This document shows positions 8,455 through 15,564 of a DNA stretch of 29,979 nucleotides, one piece after another. The stretch comes from a virus (taxonomy: Duplodnaviria > Caudoviricetes). Below the pieces are notes generated by a model, which had not been told where the DNA came from, made no database searches, and saw only the letters and a list, made by a program, of their open reading frames with translations. Each line of letters starts with the position of its first letter. The stretch's first letter is position 1. Where the stretch lies: positions 1 to 29,979 of the IMG/VR virus record IMGVR_UViG_3300020044_003383; one strand, 5' to 3'. Made by a program: the position numbers and the translations under genes.

Positions 8455-8790
8455 ATGTTACAAGAAGAACAAGAAATTCAAAGCGGAAAAGGTATAAAAG
8501 GATTCCAAAAAGGACACAAAGGTTTCAAGCCAAAAGGTGTAACACACGCAATGACAATTGAAGCAAGGGAACTTTTTATCTTGACACTTGAATCGCAAGT
8601 TCCAAACATACAACAAGCATTTGCCGATGTACTCGAAAAAGATCCAGCGAAATACTTGGATTTGTTTTCGAAATACGCGCAATATTTCATTCCGAAAAAA
8701 GTTGAATCCGAAGTCAACTTCAACATTGAAAAACCAATCTTTAAACAATTAGAACTCGATGTCATTTCAAACGACGACAGCACAAAGTAA
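8455..8790 (+). CDS. terS: Terminase small subunit (putative)
   Basis: GFQKGHKGFKPKG N-terminal motif; directly upstream of and overlapping TerL. Confidence 0.6.
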   Translation: MLQEEQEIQSGKGIKGFQKGHKGFKPKGVTHAMTIEARELFILTLESQVPNIQQAFADVLEKDPAKYLDLFSKYAQYFIPKKVESEVNFNIEKPIFKQLELDVISNDDSTK

Positions 8791-9922
8791 AATTGCCAGA
8801 TTAAGAAAACGGATTCGAATTGTTCAAGGCGGAACTTCGTCTTCGAAAACTTTTTCGATTATACCTTTGTTAATTTCGTATGCGATTGAAAATCCAATGT
8901 CGGAAATTTCAATCGTGTCGGAATCAATTCCGCATTTAAAACGTGGTGCAATAAAAGACTTTCAAAAGATTATGATTCTTTGCGATTTGTACAAAGATTC
9001 GCAATTCAATAAGTCAGATTTAAAGTATCGTTTCAAGAATGGTTCCTACATTGAATTTTTTAGTGTGGATCAACCAGACAAATTGCGAGGTGCAAGACGT
9101 GATATTCTATTCGTAAACGAATGCAACAACATCGACTTTGAATCATACCAGCAATTGTCAGTTCGTACAAAGAAATTTATTTATTTAGATTACAATCCAA
9201 CAAACGAATTTTGGGTGCATACTGAATTAATGAATGACATCGATACAGACTTCGTTGTTTTGACTTACAAGGACAATGAAGCGCTTGACAACGCAATTGT
9301 CAAAGAAATTGAAAAGGCACGGGAAAAAGCAAAGACGTCATCGTATTGGGAAAACTGGTGGAAAGTTTACGGACTTGGACAACTTGGTTCGCTTGAAGGT
9401 GTCATCTTTAATAATTGGCAAATCATTGACAACATTCCAACTGAAGCAACTTTACTTGGGTTCGGTCTTGACTTTGGTTTTTCAAACGATCCATCGTCTT
9501 TGATTGCGGTGTTTCAATGGAATGATAAAATCATTTGCGATGAACGAATCTATGCAACGGGTTTACTCAATACAGACATTATTCGATTAATGAACCAGGA
9601 CAAGCGACTTCCTATTTGGGCGGATTCAGCAGAACCAAAATCAATTGAAGAAATTCGACGTGCTGGTTTCAATATCAAGTCAGTTGAAAAAGGAAAAGAT
9701 TCAATCGTGTACGGAATTAGCGTTTTGCAAGACAAAGACATTCTTGTTACAAAGTCAAGTGTCAATCTTATAAAAGAATTACGTTCGTATTCTTGGGACA
9801 CTGACAAAGCCGGAAAGAAATTGAACAAACCAATTGACGATTTCAATCACGCAATTGACGCTTTGCGATATTTCGCAATGATGCACTTCAAGAATAGCAA
9901 TCGACGTTTCAAAATCACTTAA
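8759..9922 (+). CDS. terL: Terminase large subunit (PBSX/SPP1-like, headful type)
   Basis: Walker A QGGTSSSKT, Walker B LFVNE, coupling motif DYNP, nuclease GLDFG...DSAEP...NHAIDALRY. Confidence 0.95.
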   Translation: MSFQTTTAQSKIARLRKRIRIVQGGTSSSKTFSIIPLLISYAIENPMSEISIVSESIPHLKRGAIKDFQKIMILCDLYKDSQFNKSDLKYRFKNGSYIEFFSVDQPDKLRGARRDILFVNECNNIDFESYQQLSVRTKKFIYLDYNPTNEFWVHTELMNDIDTDFVVLTYKDNEALDNAIVKEIEKAREKAKTSSYWENWWKVYGLGQLGSLEGVIFNNWQIIDNIPTEATLLGFGLDFGFSNDPSSLIAVFQWNDKIICDERIYATGLLNTDIIRLMNQDKRLPIWADSAEPKSIEEIRRAGFNIKSVEKGKDSIVYGISVLQDKDILVTKSSVNLIKELRSYSWDTDKAGKKLNKPIDDFNHAIDALRYFAMMHFKNSNRRFKIT

Positions 9923-9928
9923 TAAATT

Positions 9929-9954
9929 GCAACCTTAATCGGTTGCTTTTTTTT
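9929..9954 (+). terminator. Rho-independent terminator after terL
   Basis: GCAACC-TTAATC-GGTTGC followed by T8. Confidence 0.85.
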
Positions 9955-9959
9955 GTCCG

Positions 9960-10210
9960 TGACGCAAAGACGATGACGCAAGACAGAAATCCCTTATTAA
10001 CCATTTACTATAAGAACTTTTTTGATGCCCTCACGAAAAAGTTGAAATTTTGCGTCTTTGCGTCTAAGTCAATTTAACTTATTTTAAAGAACTCAATAAT
10101 ACCAACGTTTGACAAAGATAAATAATATAAAAACAATTAGACGATGACGTTTCATTTGCGTCTGTTATCAACAATTTGCGTCTTTTATTAACACGTTTGC
10201 GTCTTTTTTT
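9960..10210. repeat. Iteron-like array (GACGCAA / TTTGCGTCT), putative replication origin
   Basis: GACGCAA at 9961 and 9975; TTTGCGTCT at 10049, 10057, 10155, 10175 and 10196; followed by a very AT-rich tract; largest non-coding region in the genome. Confidence 0.7.
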
Positions 10211-10276
10211 TATACTATTTTAAAGATTTGGTCGAATAATCAATAAAATAATAAGTAATAGTATAAAGATATAATG

Positions 10277-10301
10277 CTTATTTAGAATGATTCTAAATAA
10301 G
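10277..10301. promoter_or_regulatory. Perfect 12-1-12 palindrome CTTATTTAGAAT-G-ATTCTAAATAAG (Fur-box-like operator)
   Basis: Palindrome seen directly; a second degenerate copy lies at 28371-28392. Confidence 0.7.
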
Positions 10302-10340
10302 GAATTGATTAAATTCAAATTTTAGAACAAAACATTTCAA

Positions 10341-10370
10341 AACAATATTGGTTTTATTTGTTATATTAAT
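10341..10370 (+). promoter_or_regulatory. Putative late promoter 1 (WACAA-N15-TTAT-N6-ATG)
   Basis: Same motif and spacing before ATGs 17659 and 20379. Confidence 0.6.
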
Positions 10371-11063
10371 ATGAGAATCACGATACCAACACAATTAAGC
10401 GAAATCACCTTGAATCAATATTTAAGGTTTTCGAAAACGTTGCAAGACAATCCAGACGATGAAACATTTGTTGCAATTCAGATGGTGTCAATATTTTGCA
10501 ATTTGAACATTGAACAAGTTATGCAAATACCAGTGTATGACTTTGAAGAAATTATTGAACAATTGTCAAAAGTGTTGCAAGACAAACCGACACTTGTCAG
10601 ACAATTCAAATTGAATGGTGTGAAATATGGATTCGTTCCAAACTTAGACGAAGAATCAATCGGAACGTTTTCATATATTGACACGTTAATTGGAAACGAA
10701 GACAACTGGACAAAGTTAATGTCGGCAATGTACAGACCAATAACAAAGTCGTTTGGTAATATGTACGAAATTGAAAAGTTTCAAGGCGACAAGTTCGCTG
10801 AAGAATTTGCCAATATAAAAATGGATTGCGTAATCGGTTCGCTGGTTTTTTTTTGGAGTTTAAAAATAGAATTATTGAACAATATTCTCGACTATTCAAC
10901 AAAGATTCTAACGACGACGGACAATTTGGAAGTGGCGGATCTTTTCAAGAAGTCTGGGGTTGGTACCATTCAATTGTCAAAATTGCAAGAGGAAATATAT
11001 TTGACATTGAACGAGCAGAATCAACAAACATCCATAATGCGCTTACCTTCCTTTTGTATTTAA
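10371..11063 (+). CDS. Putative tail assembly chaperone (0-frame product)
   Basis: First gene of the tail operon; contains a T9 slippery run at 10846-10854 leading into an overlapping -1 frame ORF. Confidence 0.55.
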   Translation: MRITIPTQLSEITLNQYLRFSKTLQDNPDDETFVAIQMVSIFCNLNIEQVMQIPVYDFEEIIEQLSKVLQDKPTLVRQFKLNGVKYGFVPNLDEESIGTFSYIDTLIGNEDNWTKLMSAMYRPITKSFGNMYEIEKFQGDKFAEEFANIKMDCVIGSLVFFWSLKIELLNNILDYSTKILTTTDNLEVADLFKKSGVGTIQLSKLQEEIYLTLNEQNQQTSIMRLPSFCI

Positions 11064-11116
11064 AAGAATCGGAAATTGAAGAAGCAAAAAGAATAAAATC
11101 AAATTTTGAAAAATGA
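10853..11116 (+). CDS. -1 frameshift extension of 10371 (G-T-like product, about 248 aa in total)
   Basis: The -1 frame is open from the T9 run to a stop that overlaps the next ATG (ATGA 11113-11116); it has no ATG start of its own. Confidence 0.7.
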   Translation: MEFKNRIIEQYSRLFNKDSNDDGQFGSGGSFQEVWGWYHSIVKIARGNIFDIERAESTNIHNALTFLLYLKESEIEEAKRIKSNFEK

Positions 11117-11565
11117 AAGAATTTTACGACGTAGTCGCTTACTTAAAACAATTGCTTGAATCAAATCCTTTGGTTCACACAATCACGCACGGAACACCAG
11201 ACTTAATCGATATTGATAAAAAAAATATCTATCCATTGGCGCACTTAAACGTAATTTCTTCAAGTGTTCAACCTGGTGTGGTTGTATTTAGTTTTGAGGT
11301 TACAATATTAGATATTAGAAACGTTTCAAAAGTTCAAGTTCAAGACAAGTTTCTTGGTAATGACAACGAACTTGACAATCTTAATACGTGCCACGCAATT
11401 TTGAATTATGTAGTTACAAAAATGAAATTACAAAACAACGATTTTGATATTGAACTATTGAACGAACCACAATTCGAACCGATGCTTTTAAAATTTTCAA
11501 ATCAACTTGACGGCTGGAGAACGACTTTAGATTTGGCGATTGCTAACAATGTTTTTGTTTGTTAA
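11113..11565 (+). CDS. Putative tail terminator/completion protein
   Basis: 150 aa with IYPLAHL and terminal LDGWRTTLDL strands; size and position fit a tail terminator. Confidence 0.5.
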   Translation: MKEFYDVVAYLKQLLESNPLVHTITHGTPDLIDIDKKNIYPLAHLNVISSSVQPGVVVFSFEVTILDIRNVSKVQVQDKFLGNDNELDNLNTCHAILNYVVTKMKLQNNDFDIELLNEPQFEPMLLKFSNQLDGWRTTLDLAIANNVFVC

Positions 11566-11569
11566 AAAG

Positions 11570-12094
11570 ATGGAACAAAAAGAAGTCAAAAAAACGTTTG
11601 AAGAATTTGGAAATTACGTAATTGAAAAAGCGAAATCGAATTTAAAAAAAGACGGAAAAAATGCGTCTGGCAAATTATATGATTCGTTAGATTTTGAATT
11701 TAAACAAAATCAAAATTCAATTGAATTTGATTTCTTTGCTGAAGACTATTGGACATTTGTTGATAAGGGTGTAAAAGGAAAAACGAGTTCAGCAAAAGCA
11801 CCAAATTCGCCATATCAATTTGGAAGTGGAACTGGAAAAAAAGGCGGACTTCGTGCATCGATTGACAAGTGGGTAATTCGAAAAGGATTGACAAATACAA
11901 GAAACGAAAAAGGTCAATTCATAAATCGTAAACAAATGGTGTCAATGATTTCGTCAGCGATTTACAATCGAGGTTTGGAAACAACTGAATTTTTTAGCAA
12001 ACCATTTGAAGAAGCGTTTAAAACATTACCAGATGAAATTCTTGAAGCATACGGACAAGACTTAAATAAATTTTTAATAAAAGAATTACAATAA
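11570..12094 (+). CDS. Putative neck/tail completion protein
   Basis: Basic protein with ASGKLYDSL...YWTFVDKG...FFSKPFE pattern; ATG 11570 preferred over TTG 11540. Confidence 0.55.
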   Translation: MEQKEVKKTFEEFGNYVIEKAKSNLKKDGKNASGKLYDSLDFEFKQNQNSIEFDFFAEDYWTFVDKGVKGKTSSAKAPNSPYQFGSGTGKKGGLRASIDKWVIRKGLTNTRNEKGQFINRKQMVSMISSAIYNRGLETTEFFSKPFEEAFKTLPDEILEAYGQDLNKFLIKELQ

Positions 12095-13122
12095 TGAAAA
12101 AAATATTTGTGCGTTCACCTTACACAATAGCAATTAATGAAGTTGGACAAATTGGATCAAAAGTTGAATTGTTTATTTGGAACGCAAATATTTCCGAACC
12201 AACAACACCGACTTATACAATGTCGAAAAAAATTGTTTCAGAAACGCAAACAGAAAACGTTTACAATATTTCAAACAAATGCGTTGAATTTATAAACGAA
12301 AAGAATCCGATTTATACTTCAATTGTAGCAACTGAATCTTTTAAAAACTGGTGCTTTGCAAAAGTAAAAAGATACAAAGAAACTTCGTCAAATGTTTTTG
12401 TTTTAATTGACGAAGAAACATTCATTTGTTTTGATGGTTACACTTCATTTTTGGCTGGTGCAAATCAAGATGAAACAACAGACAATGTTCCATTGTTTAA
12501 TACAGATATTAAAATTTATAAACAAGAAGGCACAACTGAATATGTAAATGTGTGGCTTGATGAAAGTCCGAACTGGTATTTTGAAGACGCAACGGAAACT
12601 TTGTTTCAAATTGAAAGTATTGGTTCGCTTTACAAAATACCTTATTCAGTAAATGGAACTTATAAAATTTTAAAATTGGGTGCTACTTTAAGGGAAAAAT
12701 TCAGATTTAAAGTTGAATCTATTTGCGAGGCGAAATATACACCGATTGTTTGTTCGTTTATTAATCGTTTTGGCGGTTGGTCGTTCTTGACATTTTTCAA
12801 AGCGCATCAAAAATCAATCGAAGTTAAATCGTCGACATTTAATTTGATGCCCGAATCTTGGAACTATGATACATTTGTCGGTTCGAATAAACAATTCAAT
12901 TTCAACGGAACAAGAAAAATCACTTGCAACACTGGCTGGGTTGATGAAAATTATTCTGAATTGATTCAAGACTTACTTGTTTCACAAGTCATATTGCTTG
13001 ACGACATTCCAGTTGTTTGTAAATCAACTTCGAATGAAGAAAAAACGCAATTGAAAGATAAGAATATTAATTACACAATAAATTTTGAATACAATTTCAA
13101 TCTTTTAAACGACGTGATTTAA
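12094..13122 (+). CDS. Tail structural protein (distal-tail-like)
   Basis: Beta-rich 342 aa with FINRFGGW and NTGWVDE motifs; translationally coupled within the tail operon. Confidence 0.5.
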   Translation: MKKIFVRSPYTIAINEVGQIGSKVELFIWNANISEPTTPTYTMSKKIVSETQTENVYNISNKCVEFINEKNPIYTSIVATESFKNWCFAKVKRYKETSSNVFVLIDEETFICFDGYTSFLAGANQDETTDNVPLFNTDIKIYKQEGTTEYVNVWLDESPNWYFEDATETLFQIESIGSLYKIPYSVNGTYKILKLGATLREKFRFKVESICEAKYTPIVCSFINRFGGWSFLTFFKAHQKSIEVKSSTFNLMPESWNYDTFVGSNKQFNFNGTRKITCNTGWVDENYSELIQDLLVSQVILLDDIPVVCKSTSNEEKTQLKDKNINYTINFEYNFNLLNDVI

Positions 13123-15428
13123 TGGAAGTAAAACTTTTTATATATCAAGACGCAACAATTTACAATCAAATCGGAATCACTGCCGATAGTACGTTGATTA
13201 CTGCCGATAGTACGTTGATTACTGCGGACAGAACATTCGAATTGGTCCCGTCTGTTTCAAGGGTTGCAATTCCTATTGACTTATTTAATGACGAAGTAAT
13301 TACTTTAAATTCAAGCATACAAAATATAAATGATTTAAGTCGAGTGTTTACCGATTATAGTCAGAGTTTTACGGTTCCAGCGTCTAAAAAGAACAATGAA
13401 ACTTTTCGTCATTGGTACGAAAACGAAGTTGACAACGGGTTCAATCAATTAATTCGTTATGATGGTTTTATTGAAATTGACAACGAAATTTTTCGTGTTG
13501 GAAAGTGGCAATTGGAAAGTGCTTCAATAAAACAAAACAAAATTGAAAACTATAAACTTACTTTTTATGGTGTTCTAACTTCATTGACTGACAAATTCCG
13601 TGAAGACAAATTGAAAGATTTGGAAACTTTAAACGATTACACAATTGAATATTCTGGATCAAACGTTGAAACAAATATTGAAACAACAAACAACGATGAC
13701 GTTTCGTTTCCTTTGATTAGTTCAAGCAAAGTTTGGCAATATGGCGGTGGCGGTTCTACATTATTAAACTGGGACATTTCAAACAACGCAACGCCTATGT
13801 CATACACGGAATTGTTTCCAGCAATTAAAATCGCAAGAATATTTGATGCAATCGAATCGAAATACAACGTTTCATTTCAAGGTAATTTCTTGACGCAATC
13901 AAGATTCACCGAAGCGTTTTTGTGGCTAAAAAACAAAGAAGCATTTGTTCCGTCTTCATCACCAGTTCGTGTTGATATTTCAACAATTGTTTCAACACCA
14001 TTTGATACAAGTGTTCAAATTTCATTTGACACATTAAACAATACTTATGAAGTTCTTCAAGAATTTGGAACAATTGTATTTCAAGCGTTATTGTCAGTAA
14101 ATTCAACGTGGATTGTTTCTATTTTTAAAAACAATCAATTTTATACAAATCAAAGTGGAACTGGAACTTTTATAAATGTAAATTTACCAAATGAAGTTGG
14201 AACTTTTTATTTGACAATTCAAACAAGTTCTTCTTGTACTTATAATTCTGACATTATAGGACATTATCAAGAATGGAACGATCCGTTCGGTTACTTTGAA
14301 TGGATTGATTATCAAATAATTGGTGGCGGAAGTGGAACAACAAATTCACAACTTGATTTGACGCAATACGTTCCAGATATGAAGGTGTCGGATTTTGTTT
14401 CAGCAATTTTGAAAATGTTTAATTTGACGGCTTTTTCTGAAAACGAATCAGTTTACACTTTGGAACAACTTGAAAATTGGTATTATCAAGGTCAAATCAA
14501 AAACTTGACACAATACACAATTACAGATTTGGAATTTGAAAGAATAAAACCATATAAGAAAATCAATTTCGAATATGAAAAATCTGAAAGTTTTATGAAT
14601 CGTGCATTCTTTGACAATGTTGCAAGGGAATATGGAAATTTGAGTTATACATTTAACACTGACGGAAACGATTATACAATAAAACTTCCTTTTGAAAATT
14701 TACTATTTAATAAATTTAACGATATAAATTTACAAGTAGGCTATTCAATAAATAAAACGTTTCAAACGTACATACCAAAACCAGTAATTTTGTATAAACT
14801 TGGAAACGTTGCAAGTGGTGATTTTAAATTCAATAACGGAACAACAACAAGCACCATTTCAAACTATAATGTTTTCGGACAAGATACAAACTATCAAAAT
14901 ACAAAACAGACTTTGAATTGGGGCATTGAAATAAGTTCGTATTATTTGAACACAATTACAAACACTTTATTTCAAAATTATTATTTCAATTATTTAAGCA
15001 ATTTATATTCACTTAAATCAAGAATGGTAAAAGTTTCAATGCGACTTCCTTATTCTGAATTATTGAATTTAAGATTGAACGACCGAATCGTTATTCGTGA
15101 TAAAAGATATATTATAAATCAATTCACGACAAATTTAAAAACGTTTGAAGTGCAAATGGAATTGATTCAAGATTTTAGAAATATTCTTTTCAATAATTCA
15201 GTTGGAAGAATAATTGATTCATCGGCTCAAACTTTAAGATTTGACACGACATCAAACGAACCTTTGACGTGGACAATTCAACAAGATTTAAACGGACAAA
15301 TAATTTCAATAAATGATTTTGATTCTTACGTTGAAGTTGAAACAAAAGCAAATTTCACTGGATCAGATTTATTTTATAGTATAATTTCAAATAACAATGA
15401 TATAATCGTAATTACACAAAATGGATAA
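13122..15428 (+). CDS. Large tail tip/hub protein
   Basis: 768 aa, beta-rich, with YSQSFTVPAS..NN..F motif and a C-terminal LRLNDRIVI..KRYIIN barrel. Confidence 0.55.
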   Translation: MEVKLFIYQDATIYNQIGITADSTLITADSTLITADRTFELVPSVSRVAIPIDLFNDEVITLNSSIQNINDLSRVFTDYSQSFTVPASKKNNETFRHWYENEVDNGFNQLIRYDGFIEIDNEIFRVGKWQLESASIKQNKIENYKLTFYGVLTSLTDKFREDKLKDLETLNDYTIEYSGSNVETNIETTNNDDVSFPLISSSKVWQYGGGGSTLLNWDISNNATPMSYTELFPAIKIARIFDAIESKYNVSFQGNFLTQSRFTEAFLWLKNKEAFVPSSSPVRVDISTIVSTPFDTSVQISFDTLNNTYEVLQEFGTIVFQALLSVNSTWIVSIFKNNQFYTNQSGTGTFINVNLPNEVGTFYLTIQTSSSCTYNSDIIGHYQEWNDPFGYFEWIDYQIIGGGSGTTNSQLDLTQYVPDMKVSDFVSAILKMFNLTAFSENESVYTLEQLENWYYQGQIKNLTQYTITDLEFERIKPYKKINFEYEKSESFMNRAFFDNVAREYGNLSYTFNTDGNDYTIKLPFENLLFNKFNDINLQVGYSINKTFQTYIPKPVILYKLGNVASGDFKFNNGTTTSTISNYNVFGQDTNYQNTKQTLNWGIEISSYYLNTITNTLFQNYYFNYLSNLYSLKSRMVKVSMRLPYSELLNLRLNDRIVIRDKRYIINQFTTNLKTFEVQMELIQDFRNILFNNSVGRIIDSSAQTLRFDTTSNEPLTWTIQQDLNGQIISINDFDSYVEVETKANFTGSDLFYSIISNNNDIIVITQNG
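13179..13229 (+). repeat. 21-bp tandem repeat (two perfect copies plus a partial third) encoding ITADSTL-ITADSTL-ITAD
   Basis: ACTGCCGATAGTACGTTGATT at 13179-13199 and 13200-13220, then ACTGCGGAC. Confidence 0.92.
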
Positions 15429-15564
15429 TTTACAACAATTACTGAAATTGGCACAAGATTTTGAACAAAACGAAATCATTGCAAGTGCAAAGGGGAAATA
15501 TCAATTTCCAAAAACATTAAAAGAAATAATTAAAAAAGCAAGACAATGGCAATTGAAAAAGTAA
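15421..15564 (+). CDS. Small protein, 47 aa, upstream of the tape measure gene (not in ORF track)
   Basis: MDNLQQLLKLAQDFEQNEIIASAKGKYQFPKTLKEIIKKARQWQLKK; overlaps both neighbours and fills the gap exactly. Confidence 0.65.
   Translation: MDNLQQLLKLAQDFEQNEIIASAKGKYQFPKTLKEIIKKARQWQLKK

Noticed and set aside
10155-10210. 20-21-bp repeats as a mini CRISPR array
   Set aside because: The units are contiguous with no unique spacers, they are too short, and there are no cas genes.
10277-10301. Palindrome as a dif/att site or intrinsic terminator
   Set aside because: A 1-nt centre rather than a 6-8-bp spacer, no XerD arm, no integrase, and an AT-rich stem without a U tract.
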